From the NCBI GenBank assembly GCA_013265495.1, contig MU058423.1, positions 199,061 to 263,060 of the forward strand: DNA of 64,000 nucleotides, in the 5' to 3' direction. The stretch is from Vicugna vicugna. Its lineage: Eukaryota. The translations under genes and the position numbers were made by a program. Shown here piece after piece: positions 38,317 through 52,170 of this stretch (positions are counted from its first letter, which is position 1; each line of letters opens with the position of its first letter). The notes under the pieces were generated by a model. It saw only the letters and a list, made by a program, of their open reading frames with translations. It was not told the DNA's origin and did no database searches.

Positions 38317-41300
38317 CTAAAGAGAAATAAAATTTACAGTAAGAAATTATGAAGAGTAACATACATGAGGGGAAGAAATTAAGATTACAAAAATTTTTAT
38401 CACATCTCTTAATTTCCTGTTTAAATCTTTACTGTTTAGGAGCCTTCAGATTTTCTTTTCATAAAACATTGCAAAGTGTTTATTATTGATATAGGTTTGT
38501 TCTGATGTGGGGATATGTGCTGCTTTGATTAATTTTGAATTTTTCTTTTTAAAAAGCTGAACAATCAGTTTTTGGTCAAAATATACCACAGTCAAAAAAA
38601 AAAAAAGAGAGAAAGCTATGATCCTATTTCATTTATGAACACTTAAGCAAAACTAAAGAAAGTATCAGGAACTTGGTAGTATACCAATTTATGCTTATGG
38701 TGTTTATCCCAATGCAAGGATGACTCAATACTAATAAGTCAATGTAACTTATAAATTAAAGGAACAAAACCTTGTGATCATCTTACTTCATGCTGGAAAA
38801 AAGACAAAATTCAGCACTCATTCAAATATTATAGAACAACGATAAAATTACTAGCTTCTGAAGGAACAAACTTCCTTAACTTTATAAAGGGTTATTCACC
38901 AAAATTTTACAGCATACCTAATAATGATGAAACCTAAGCAGTGTCACTAATTTTAAAAGCAAGACAAAGATGATTATCGTCACCTAAACTATTCAACACT
39001 ATACTAAGGGTCCTAAAGAATGCTGTGGAAAATATTTCTTCTGCTATTCATTGTAATTCCCTCTCCTGCCCACTACTGCCATTTTGTTTTTTGGTCTGTT
39101 AGAGATGGACACATAAATGTTAGAGTCTAACTTGCGTATCTGTTTTTTCTCCTATATTTTATCTTTTTTGGTCATTTTATACTTTGTATGGGGAGAATTC
39201 TTCAGCTCCATTTTTCAACTCACTAACATGGCCTTTGGCTGTGCCCATTTTGCTATTCACAGAATTATTTTAACTCTTCTGTTTTTAACCTTTAAGACTT
39301 TCATTTTGTGTATGTGCGTGTGTGTGCATCTCTTGAGTCTCTTTGAGGATATTAACTATATTTATTTTTAAAGTCTTCTTTTATCAACTGCTTCCTAAGA
39401 ACTTATTTTAAAGTCTTGTTCTAGCAACTGTTTCCTAAGAATTTAGATCTGTTTGCTGAGTTTGGTTCTTCTCTTTCATGGTAACTAGTTTTCTACAAAT
39501 GTATGTTGCTCCTCTTTCAATCTAATTTAGTTTGCCTGTTCTGTTTATCTGTAGTTTGTTTCTAGTCATTGTAGGGGAGGGAAAGAGTAGACTTGCTGCT
39601 TGAGAGCATGTGAGCAGATAACCTTCTGAGTGAGCCTCCTAGAGGCCACAGGCTACCTGGGGCACTGCCTTGCCTCTCTGCTTCTAATGCTCATTCTCAA
39701 TGCTATATTCTGAGGACAAATGCTATTTGTCTGCAGCTTAGCCCAAATGGGAATGAAAAGAGGAGACAAATGGTCCACTAAGCTTAGAGAACAACTCCCC
39801 AACTAATCTACTCCAGGACAGTTCTGAGTTCTTTCCTTCTTGCTCCTTAAATAGATCTCCTCAGAATGGCTCCTATGTCCATAAGAGTTTTTCTTCTGTG
39901 TTTCCTCTGATCTTATTTTTTCCCCCATGTTTTTCAACCATTCTCCTTTCTACCAGGAAATGCTAAAAAAAAAAAAAAAATTGGTCCACCAATGACACTC
40001 ATACTATTTAAACTGTTATTAATTTATTTCTCTTCCCACTCCATTTTTTCCTATTTTTTTGTTTTAAAAGTTTTGACATAAAAGGTAAGGTAAACCATGT
40101 GCTCAGTCTGCCATACAAATTACTCTTTTCAAGTAAAATATGAAATACAAAGAATATACAAACCTAGATGAAAGAAAAAAACAATTCAGTATATCATTTG
40201 GTGATATATGTATACACATACACACACATATATAAAATAATGTTAGCAATGATAATAGGACTGACCTCAAATGGATCTCTCAAGTATAATTCTTACACAC
40301 TATGAGAGGAAGAATGTTGGAAATTCTCTAATACTTGATTGTGTATAAAGAAGATTCAACTCACTGATGACGAGCAACTCAGAGGAACATGGTGTATCTA
40401 ACAATAAACTGAGCTCTACTTTCCAGATAGGCATCCTCTGTTGACTTCTTAATTTCTTTCAAACAATTTAAAGTTCTTGTTGACCCAATCAAATTAAAGT
40501 TACCATCAGAGTCTTACCACCGTTAAGGAAAAAAAGCAACCAAAAAAGACTTTTAAGAGTCTTTGGAAAATAAAGCTGGGACTCAAAAGAGAATTAGAAA
40601 AAGAAATACTTTACGACTTTAGTATCCCCAGGTTTATACGGAAGATCTTAGGTGACTTTGCTCTTATCCTACAAAGAGTAAAAGAAAAGCTGCTCCAGAG
40701 CCAAACATCTTTTCAGTCAAAAAGGCCTACTGATTTACGGAGCAAGGTAGAATGGAAACCCTGGATTCTAATTACTGGCTCTATAGATCCAGTAACTAAG
40801 TTTATGATCTTGGAAACATTACTAACCTTTTTTGGTCCTAAGTTTCCTCATAATAATCCAACTCCTAAAAAAAGATGAGGAGATCTGCAAAATTTCTTGA
40901 GCTATAAAACTCTATATAACTTACTAAGGCTCAAAAGACAAAACTTATATGTAGACTATGTGGAAGCAAGGATGTGGAATCCATACCACAAACACTCTAG
41001 GATATTCTCATGCACATGAAATTTGAGAACCCTGCCGTGACAGGGTAATTATAGATAATACATTATTTTTCTGGAATAAAAACTGGTAGAGATTAAGTGG
41101 AAATACTCGATAAAGCTCTTATATTACTAAGCAACAACAACAGAAAGAGGGGTTTCAATTAGGAAGTAAGAAATGCTGCTCAAGTCGTGAGAGTTATACT
41201 ATGTAGGACTAATAGTTTCAATACAGATTTCCAACTGTGTGTATCTGCTTTAGCATGTACACAATCATGTTTCTGTGCTCTCAATAGTTGCTATCAATCA

Positions 41301-42257
41301 CTTACTTCAGAAAATAGCAAACCTATTTTGTATAGCAAACCTCTGTTTTTAGTGTATTTGTGGTAAGTCTGCTGAGCAGCTATGATCTATTTCACTTTGT
41401 CAAGGCACATTTCCCATAATCCTTATGTAATTGTGAAACTCCCCTCAGTCAGGAAAATTGAAATGTATGCGGTTCAAAAATATATTTATATACTACTCAA
41501 AAGCATCTTCCCTAAAATGAATAAAGCCAGTCATATTTTACATACTTATTAATGTTTGAATGCATAATAATAGTTACCAAACAGAAAATTCAAGTTACTA
41601 ATACTTCTGAAGTTATCCCCAAATTATCAAAAGTTACAAAATGACAGAATTGCTGTAACTGAAATAACAGACATTTGGATAATGGACAAACTGACACTGC
41701 ATGTAAAAAAGAAACAGTACATCCATTCAGCAAACATTTACTGAGCAGCTAAGAAAAGAAATGTCAGTAAGTAAAGATTAAATACCGAATAAGACACTAG
41801 TCACTGTACTCAAGGCTCTGTCACCTAAATAGTAATATAGCAAGCATTAAAAGGCACAATGAAGCACAAAGGAAGGTGCAACTCTAAACATGCATCTAAG
41901 GAGGGGATGGGGTGGTCGTCAAAGGCAGTGATGTTTGAGCTGGATTGGAGGATGAGTATATACCAAGGAGAGCATTCCATGCAAAGGGAATAATACCTAC
42001 AAAGACAACATAGAACAACAAATGGAATGGAGATATTAAAAAGATTTGCATAATGTAAAATAATGCTACTTTTCCCACTGATTCTTTTTGTGTTTTCAAA
42101 AATAAAGTGTTAAAAAACCCAAAAAACTAATCATGTTAACACATGCAATAAATTTATCACTGTTGTTTTTAAATGAATTAATGTTTTAAAAATCTCTAAG
42201 TTTTAATATCTAATACATATAAACCACAAAAATAAAAACTCAATTTCTATGAAAGCA

Positions 42258-43238
42258 CTAATGAGAAAAGATCATCCATAAATTCACTGCAGCATTATTT
42301 ACAATAGCCAAGATATGGAAGCATTCTAAATGAATGGATAAAGAAGATGTAAGATACACACACACACACACACACACATAATATACGTACAATGGAGTAT
42401 TACTCAGCTGTAAAAAACAATGAAAACTTGCCATTTGCAACAACATGGATGGACCTAGAGGGTATTACGCTAAGTGAAATAAATCAGTCAGAGGAAAACA
42501 AATATTGTATAATTTCACTTATCCAAAAGTGAAATGGAAGTGGAATCCAAAAAAACAAATCAGAAACAGTCACAGACACAGGGAACAAACAGGTGGTTGC
42601 CAGAAGGGAGGGAATGGGGGGAGGAAAGAATAGGTGAGGGAGATTAAGAGGCACAAATTTTCAGTTGTAATAAATCAGTGAAAGGAATGAAAATGTAGTG
42701 TGGGAAATATCATTAATAACTATGTAGCATTTTACATGGTGACATACCGTAACTAGATTTATTGTGATGATCATTTTGAAATGTATAGAAAGAAATACTG
42801 AATTACCATGCTATATAACAGAAACTAACGTTGTGTTACAGGTCAATTATACTTCAAAAACAAACTCATAGACAAAGAGATCAGATTTGTGGTTCCCAGA
42901 GACAGGGGGTGGGAAGAGGGAGAATTGGATGAAGGCAGTCAAAAGGTACAAACTCCAGTTATAAGATAAATTTGTACTACGTATGTAATGTACAAGATGA
43001 TAAATATAATTGACACTGTTGTATGTTATATATGAAAGTTAAGAGTAAATCCTCAGAGTTTTCATCACAAGAAAAAATTGAAAAAAAATTGTATTACTAT
43101 TCCTTTAACTTTGTATCTATATGAGAGGATGGATGTTCTCTAAACTTATGTGATAATCATTTCATGATGTATGTAGGTCAAATTGTATGCTGTACACCTT
43201 AAAGTGCTGTATGTCTCAGTACAACTGGGGAAAAAAGA
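42258..43238 (+). mobile_element. L1 3' end (L1MA-type, about 1 kb) with (CA)n, inserted in a Charlie relic
   Basis: gcagcattatttacaatagccaagatatggaagca, ccatttgcaacaacatggatggacctagagggtatta; TSD aaactc(a/g)atttcta. Confidence 0.88.
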
Positions 43239-43826
43239 AACTCGATTTCTAAGAGTGTATAGGGGTCCTGAAAGTAAAAATGTTTGAGAAATGTCCTATC
43301 TTTTGACATAGGTCAATATTTATTATGTTACTGAGTGAAAAGGTTGCAAAATGATGAATTCTTGTTTCTTAAAAGTATATATTTACATATATGTACAGCT
43401 GCTAAATTTTAACTGGGACTATCTCTGATAGTATTACAAAAGATAGTCTTCTTCCCTTTTTTGACTTATCTTTATGGTCAAAGTTGTACAATGAATATAA
43501 ATTATTTGTATAAAAAAATAATTTTAAAACTTTTTAAAAATCACAAAAGGGGCATGCCAACATTCCCTATACAATAAATAATTTAAAAATTATTTGAGAA
43601 TATCAAGAACAGGAGAAATGTCCAATTAAAGAAACCAAAGCATCTCCCAGTTTTTAAATGAAAGTATAGAGATTTGAAGATAAATATGCTATGGCAAGAG
43701 TGAAGCTCTAAATGAGCAGTTAAAAGAAATGTGGTCATAATTAAATGCCAACATGGGATCCTAAAACACAGTCATGGTAAACAATCCCCATGTTACTTAC
43801 TGAGAGCTACTAAAAAAGATGGATTA

Positions 43827-44125
43827 CAGGTGACCCTCTGTGTTTGTGGGTTGTGCATCCAAGGATTGAAAATATTTGAGAAAAAAAATCCAAAAGGTTC
43901 CAAAAAGCAAAACTTGAATTTGCCACACACTGGCAATTATTTACATAGCACTTACATTGTATTAGGTACTATAAGTAATCTAGAGATGATTTAAAATATA
44001 TAGTAGGATGTGCTTAAGTTACACACAAACACTATGCCATTTTACATAAGGGACTTGAGCATCCTCGGAGTTTGGCATCTTGGAGGAGGGGGGCTTGAAC
44101 AAATCTTCCTCAATGGGATGACCAT
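43827..44125 (+). mobile_element. MER2-like Tigger DNA transposon relic
   Basis: Shares aaaagcaaaacttgaatttgc and tttacatagca.ttacattgtatt with the copy at 10143. Confidence 0.78.
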
Positions 44126-44489
44126 ACTTAGCATTAGAAAAACATTTGACAGTCTTTGAAGATAAGACTTTGAAGTGTTAAGTTGATTTGTCACTATAAC
44201 AGTACCATAAAAATACCTTGAAGTAATAGAAATTGTAATGATACATTTATGTAATCATGACAAAATCTGAGGTCTGCTCCTTGGTCTCCAAGGCTATTTA
44301 TAATTTGGTCTGCCCTTCCCCATTTTCCTACTGTTTAGCTCCTAGCCCTACAGCTATACTCCTGCCTCAGGGCTATTATAATTTTTGTTCCTTTTACCAG
44401 AAATGCTCTTCTATTAGAGGGTTCACTTCCTTCTTCATTCAAATCTCAGTTCAAATGTCATCTACTCAAGTACCCTTTTCTGACTTCCT

Positions 44490-44680
44490 GACTTCTATAT
44501 ACTCCCACCAACAGTATAGGAGGGTTCCCTGTTCTCAGACCTTTTCCAGCATTTATCGTTTGTGGACTTTTTAATGATGGCCATTCTGACTGGTGTGAGG
44601 TGATACTTGATTGTAGTTTTGATTTGCATTTCTCTGATAATTATATATACTGAGCATTTTTTCATGTGCCTATTGGTCGA
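44490..44680 (-). mobile_element. L1 ORF2 3' fragment
   Basis: tcccaccaacagtataggagggttccct...ggccattctgactggtgtgaggtgatac...ttgatttgcatttctctgataatt. Confidence 0.8.
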
Positions 44681-47338
44681 TGTGATATCCTGATATACTT
44701 GTATACTGTGAAAGGATTACCCCCACTGAGTTAAACACATTATTTTAGACACTGCAATTTGTATTTCATGTAAGTTTCACATCATGAAACATTCTTCTTC
44801 TTTTGTTTTTTTCCTAACCATTTGAAACACATTAGCTCGTAGGCCATACAAAAACAGCAGTGACCAGATTTGCCAATTTCTGGCATAGAGTATAAGAATT
44901 CGTTATGTCTGTTCACTGTTGTATAACCAGGACTGAGACCTGGCACATGCTAGGAATATAAATGAATGAATACTATTTCATTGTTTACAAAACTCTTTTA
45001 TAATCTCTCTTTTGATCTTAAAACAGCTCATTAAAATAGGCAGGGAAGAAGACTATTTATTATCCCTATTTTAAATGAAGGAACAGGTTAAGAGAGTATA
45101 AGTGTCTTGTCCAAGGTCACACACTTATAAAGGGGTGGCACTGAACTAGACAATCAACTATACTATGTAGTAGTAACAGGTATTAAAATTTGGGAGGATT
45201 ATCTTTAGTGTGGTCTCATGAATTTGGCCTAGTCCTTTTCAAATTTTTTTTTTAACAAGGAATTGAGACAAAGCATTTCTTGTAAAAGCTGCAGTTGACA
45301 CAAAGTTGGAAGGGATAAATAAAATGATAAATAATAACATTAAAAGTCAAAATTTTATCATCCAGCCTCAAAACTGGGTCAAAACTAACAAGATGAAATT
45401 GAATAGAAGTAAACAAAATCACTGGTACAAGCAAAAAAGGAAAGAGAAATGGCTAAGCAGTTAGTGATTACAAAAATATTTTTGCTGCAATACAAATAAG
45501 GGATGAAAATTTCAGTAACAGTAATTCAGTCATTCACAAGATTGACATGGGGAAAGAAAGTTCCCCACTTTCTTTAGGTATATATCCCATGGAGGGAGGC
45601 ATGTAATCCGCTACGTAATTGAGAATCGCTGACATGGAGGTTTTAGTTGAATGAAAACTTCACTCTGCTTAAAAAAAATTATTCCTATTCCATAAAGTAA
45701 TAGTTTCACTGTACATAGCATTCATCTAATAGTATCTGCAGTAAAGGGTATAATTTCATGTATATTTTAAAGAGAGAGTAACTCAAGTCTCATACACAAT
45801 TCCACTCCTTCATATATTTAAATATTCCAATAATGCTAATTGTATGGATTCCATTATACTATGTTTCTAATGTAAAAGGGGGGAATTTAAAGTCTATTTA
45901 AAGTATCACTGAAAGATAAGTTCTCCCAAATTTCAGTTTCTTCCAATTCTCCTTATCGTTACACCTCTCCAAAAAGGAAAATAAAAATACCCAAATCCTT
46001 CCAAGATTCAAAACTTCTTTTTATATTACTGATTTCTGTATTGTAATGTTAAAAATCAAACTGAGAAAGTAATGTATCCCATTTTTCTGAAATTGCTTTA
46101 TTTTGTTAAATTTAAGAAACTTTAAAAATATACTAGAAAAAGAAATTTACAAAATTTATAAAACTCAGATTTTTAGCTTAATAATCTTTTAATAACAGAC
46201 CCCACACATTTCAACATTACATCTATTCATAACTAGCTTTTTTACTGATTTCCTTGACAAGAGGACTTCAAGTTGAAATTCAACAACTGCAGCTCTTTGT
46301 GAACGTTGGGTGGATAATTCTAGACAGGCAAAGAAGAAATCTTTCACTAGATAATATCCACAGTCCAATTATCAGCAACGTCCAAGTCAGCTAATACTGC
46401 CCAAATTTTGTACACTCCAGGAGCCAAACCTCTGCCAGAAAGACATCTACAAAAATCTTTATTGCCCTCATTAGTCTACTAGCGTATTTATTTCTGGACC
46501 TTTACTCACACTGTCCTTGAGTGTTGTGCCTGTCTCCTCATCTTTGCCTGTCTACATTATTTCTATCTTTTAGGGTTGGGTTCTTCTGTTTCTTTCCAAG
46601 ATGTATTCCGCATTTTTTATAGTCTCAAGAATTCTTAGTACTTCTACCATACTTGGAACATTTATCATAGCACCTAAAATGTAACTGCTGTTGATAATTA
46701 GTTCTATAGGTATCATTCTGTTTCCAAAGACTTAAGTTTTCTTTAGGCAAACTGCCTTGCTTTCCTTTTCTATATTATATAGGTCCTAGCAAACTAAATG
46801 GCAGATAGGTAATTAGTAAATGTTTACAAAATCCCTTCTGAACAAAATGACACTAAGGAAGTGAGCTTAGTTTTTAATATTGTTATGAGGCACAACAGCA
46901 AAATGGAAAGATACAGGCTCTGGAGTTGGACAGATATGGATTTGAATTTCAGTCTCTTAGTCTCTGAATCACACCCTCTCCCTAAAGTGGGACAGTATAC
47001 ACTTCTTGGGATTGTTCTGAAAATTAAGTAAGATAATATATGACAAGTCCTTGGTAAAACACTTAAAATAAAATATGGAGGCTCAGTAAATGTTAGCTAT
47101 AGTTACCTGGTCACAGCAAGATTAACTGCTGCTTTAAATTATCAAACTGAACAAACCCTTCAAATTGTTGAGAAAATAATTCCTCTTTTCCAGAAATTCT
47201 TTGGGTCTTAGTCACCTAGTATTCTCCATCATTACAATCTTCATCAAGAACTATAAACAGCAACAACTTTTTTACTAATCAAAAAAAGTTTTCCCAAATG
47301 ATTATTTCACTTTGCTTTAAAGTGATAACTCATCTTCC

Positions 47339-47537
47339 TTTTTTTAAATAAATTTTTATTGAAGTATAGTTATTTTAAAATGTTAATTTTTAAATTTTAG
47401 TTTATCTTCTTTTTTTTTTTTTGAGGGGGAAGTAATTAGGTTTACTTATTTACTTATTTTTAGAGGAGGTACTAGGGATTGAGCCCAGGATCCTGTGCAT
47501 GCTAAGCATGCACTCTACCACTGAGCTATACCTTCCC
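47339..47537 (-). mobile_element. tRNA-derived SINE, Vic-1-like
   Basis: Same head and CCTAATTACTTCCCCC body as other copies; TSD tgataac(t/a)catc. Confidence 0.88.
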
Positions 47538-47769
47538 GCTGATAACACATCCTTCGAAGTTTACTTGTGTTTTCAACCAGACTGTACCTCAAAAAATAGT
47601 AAATCATGCTTTTGTAAATACGTATTTTTATACCTTATTCTTATCCTACTATGAAGTAAGCTCTATTTGCACAGAATTCACTGTTTATTTCTTAAGGGAG
47701 TTTTTCCTATTTGAAGACATTTAGGATGTTATAGTTGTCATTATTATCATTATTTTGTATTTTAAGAAT

Positions 47770-48090
47770 ATTTTTTCTAAGAGCAATTTTAGGTTTACAG
47801 CAAAGTTGAGAGAAACAACAGAGACTTCCCATATATCCTATCTCCTCAAAGGCCCAGTCTCCTCCATTATTAACATCCCCACCAGAGTGGTACATTTCTT
47901 ACAATCGATGAATCTACACTGACACATTATCACCTAAAGCCTATAGTTTACAATAGGGTTCACGCTTTGTGGTGCACATTCTATGGATTTGGACAGATGT
48001 ATGACACATATCCACCATTACAGAATCATACAAGTATTTTTACTGCCCTGAGAAATCTCTGTTCTTTGCCTATTCATCCCTCTCTCCCCC
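47770..48090 (-). mobile_element. L1MC/MD-like 3' end
   Basis: gagcaattttaggtttacagcaaagttgag...ccagagtggtacatttcttacaatcgatgaa. Confidence 0.72.
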
Positions 48091-48872
48091 TAGGATATTA
48101 TTTTAACAAGAGGAAAGAATCTTTAAAAAACAAAACAAAACACACACTTTGCCTCAGTGTGGTTCATTCTTCGGTCTGGTTCTAAGGCTTTCAGTCTCTC
48201 AACAATAACTGCCTGGGGCAATAATTTAATAGGTGTAAGTCCCAAGATGTTGACATGCATATATTTCAGTATCAAACTAGCTCTAGAATTCCAGTTTCAG
48301 TGCTTGTATCAAACAAAATCCCTGCTGGCTGAGTTCTCAGAGGCTAGTGAGAATTTAATTTGGGGCTGTATTTTGAGGAAAAAAACATTTTCGGTGATCT
48401 CCAGGACCAAATGGAATAGTAGTTTCACTAACTAACTGTTAGCTATATTTTTTTAGATTCCAAATAAGCTAAATATTATTTTCTCAGTTTAGACTGGGAG
48501 ATACTATAAAGGTTTAGAATGCATTTAGAAATTAAATATGAGATGTATATACTTTTATTTTGATTTATCATTATCAGCAAAAGCTAAGGTTAAAAAGCAT
48601 ATAGCTATGTCTTAAATTAGGATCAACACTATAAAAAGATGGTGACACTGCCAAATAATTTGTTTTACGTTAACTCTTTTAAAAGCCATTTTAAGTACTT
48701 CTTAGAAACTGTCTTCTCCATTAGTAATCAATTATAAGTTTTGTTGGATATAGACAAATAGGTAGGGAAGGCTGGCAAGTTTAAGTAGGGCAATTTCATT
48801 TTTAAAAGTTCTACCCACTCTAAGGAATAACTGCTTAAAAATCTATTAAAGTAATTAATAACACACACAGAG

Positions 48873-49240
48873 GGCCAAAGACTCTCTCTTTGAGCAAACT
48901 TTAGTCAGGCTCCGCTGAGCACTCTTCTCAACTAGGCCTTGATCTCAGTCTTGTCTATGGCCTGCCTAGCCCAATTTTAGCAAGAATCCCATAGTTGAAT
49001 GAGAATTCCCCCATTCTTGATATCAAATTCCTCATGCTCCACCTTTGGTATGTAAATCCTCAATCTGCCCTTAGCAGCAATTTTCCCTCTCCTGACCACT
49101 TCATTTTGCTTGCTGGCTATAAATCCCCAGCAGTCTTTGCTTTATTTGGAGCTGAACTCAATCTCTCTCCCCCAATGCAAAAGTACTGAATAAAGTCTTC
49201 TTATCATTTCAACAAATATCAGAGTAATTTTTCTTTAACA
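48873..49240 (+). mobile_element. Solo ERV1 LTR, MER31-like
   Basis: actctctctttgagcaaactttagtcaggc...ggctataaatccc...aataaagtcttc...tctttaaca. Confidence 0.75.
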
Positions 49241-50494
49241 TAGGTCATTACTGTATTTTATGCCACCTAGTATAATAGCACATAAAACAACATACTTAAC
49301 CATAAAATTTACAACATATAAGAACCAAAGTATAGGTTGTATTTTATTTTCTAGTTATCTTTCCCAACCACTCCTTTTTAATTTACAAGTTTTCTATGCA
49401 ACAAATTAGAAGGAAATCATTCCTTAGTCCTCATTCTGGACTCTTCTAATACAAGACATCCAGAAGGTCAGTAAAAAGATTTCCAAGTGTATATTTTAAG
49501 TGTTCATTTAGAAGTTCAAAGTAAGTGATAAGCCTTAAGTTATCAACTACTAAACAGAAAAAAAAATTAAGTATTGGCTGCTCAATCTCAGTAAAGATTT
49601 AAAAAGCTGTCTTATCTTAAATGTAAAACAGTGTTGATATACATAAGGAGGGAAAGGACTGTCTAGCTTAAGCAGAGGAAGAACCGAGGAAGTATAAAAG
49701 TCTGAGATATATTGTTCTAAGTTAGAAAAAAGAAAAAAAAAGAATGAAAGGATCATGTAAGCAACTTGCTGCTTAGGAGTTTAAATGTGTTAGAATACAC
49801 ACATTCTCATGCCCTACTCTAGGTGATTGGGCAGATGGTAAAAAGTTCCAAGGGGCCAGATACAGTGAGTATTGTTTTGGAAACAGTCAGACCAAATCAA
49901 GAAATTAGGGGAAAATCCACCCTAAACACCTTGAAATTCAGCTGCAAGAGAGCAATGGTGCAAACGCCAAGTCCAAAAGGGTAGAGTTCAACCATGAGAG
50001 CCCATGTTGGATGGAAATAAAAGCAGTGGGAAGCAAGAAGCATTTTGCCTTTAAGATCTGGTGCATTATCTGGCATGTCATGGTATTTCTAACTTAAACG
50101 TGTATCTTTTTACCAATTTTACTTTTTTTTCAAAATCATTAGGAGTCAGACCTGGTTTCACATGCCAGCTTTAGCACTTAATTGCTTGGGTCTTACTTTC
50201 TTCATCTGTGACTATACCTGCTCATATATCTAGTACTATTTTAAGACTCCAAAGGAGGTAACATGAAACAGACTTAGACATACCATATACTTAACTTTCT
50301 TTCCCTAAGCAAATGCCTAAATGTCATTGAATTTTGAGTAAACTTCTTTAAAAGTTCAGGTCTTTGTATTTACCAATTCACACAAAACAAAACAAACAAC
50401 ACTTTACTGGGTCCCAGGCACCGATGTGAGTACTAAAGATAAAGGCAAAAAGGAGAATGGTGAAAGAAGCCAACAAATTCCATTTTGCCTTAAG

Positions 50495-50675
50495 CCTGTA
50501 GTTCTGAACAAAGGCTATACATTTAGAACCACCTGGGAGCTTTAAAATTACTGATGCCTGGATTCCACCCACAGAGATTCTGATATAATAGATCTGGGGT
50601 AGAACCTGGGTATCAGAATTTTATAAAAGCTTCTTCATGTGATTCTCATGTGCTGCCAAGGTTGAGAGCCACTAC
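50495..50675. mobile_element. MER5A-like hAT MITE
   Basis: agaaccacctgggagctttaaaattactgatgcctgg...agagattctgat...aggttgagagccact; similar relics near 37710-37850 and 52455-52600. Confidence 0.7.
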
Positions 50676-51359
50676 CTTAAGCTAACATTAAGTACAAATC
50701 ATCACGGTGGATACAAATAACATAAGACAAGCATACACTCAGCATCTTGGCTTTTCAAAACTTTATAATTCACCACTGTTAGCAGAACAATTTATACACA
50801 TAGCCCTCAGTAAAGATGTGTCAATCATTCAAAACAACTATAATTCAAAGCAGCAAAACTGCCAAATCAGCATTACAGACAATATACAGCACAGAACTTA
50901 ATGGGAAGGAGATGAATACGGGCTGGGATGGTTAAAGACAACTAAAAGGAAGGGGAAGGAGGGAACTAAGCTGGGTTCCACAAAATGCTTTAGATAGAGT
51001 TAGAGGAAGGGAAAGGGAGGGCATTCCAAATAAGGAATGGTAAGAGTGAAAAAAGGTGGGGGGAAAAACAGCCTTTTGTAAGCATACTAGTCTGGTAGAA
51101 ACAGATTTATCTGGAAGATAATAAAAGAGAAAGGCAGAGTAAGATAAGATGAGTCAGATGGCAGTAGTTATGCTAATATTAAATCTGGTTTTATTCTGCA
51201 GGTAATGAAAAACTGCCAAAGACTTCTGAGTGGGAAGCTCCATTAATGAAAATTAATCTGGAGGTAATGGAGTCCTCAATATGGCTTCACAAAAACCTGG
51301 AAATCAGCCTGCCCCCTAAGAGTTAACTATGAAATCAAGACAGATGCTACCAAAGCAAG

Positions 51360-52170
51360 GTTCATTCACTCATTCATTCAACAAGTATTTGAAGGCCTAC
51401 TACAAAGGCACTGTTTTAGGCAATAGTGATTCAAAAGTATATGGTCCTCATAGGGCTTAAGTTCTAGTGGGAAGCGAGACAGTAGATAAGATTAAATAAC
51501 TAAACTACATGATATGCCAGCTAGTGATTAATGCTAAGGAGTGAAAAATAAAGGGAAAAGGGATATGAAATGTTACATTGGATTTGGACAAGGCCTTCAA
51601 TGAGGTGGCTTCTGATTAATCTGAAGGAAGTGAAGGCTATGGAAGGAAGGAAACTCCAGAGAACAGAGCAAATGCAAAGACCCATTAAGTGAGAATGTGT
51701 GGCCGGAACAGAGAGGACTGGGGAGGAATAGGTAGGAGTTAAGGTCAGAGCAGGAAGTATAGAGGTAAAATCCCAGACCATGTAGGGGCTTGTAGTCAGA
51801 GTAAGAATTTATATTCTGAAGATGGGAAACCACTGGAGGAGTAGAGTGACATATTCTGAGTTGCATTTTTTAACCAGATCACTCTGGGTCCTACACTGAG
51901 GACAGACTGCTTATGGAGAGACAAGAGCAGAAGGAGGGAGACCAGAGAGAAGGCCATAATCTATGTGGGAAATTATGGTAGCTTCTTCCAGAGTAGTTGA
52001 AATAAATGGTGTGGTGAAATAATCAAGTTCTGGGTATATTCTGAAGGCAGAGCCTACAGGATTTGCTAATAGACTATATGTAGATTGCAAGAGAAACAGG
52101 AATCAAAGATGACATTAAACTTTTTGGCCTGAGCAACTGAAGAATGAAGGTGTCATTAAGAATGGAAAGA
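51360..52170 (-). mobile_element. L2 LINE fragment
   Basis: ttcattcactcattcattcaacaagtatttg terminus and body motifs (ttttggcctgagcaact); other L2 relics near 6430-7170, 27260-28440, 34270-34650. Confidence 0.72.
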
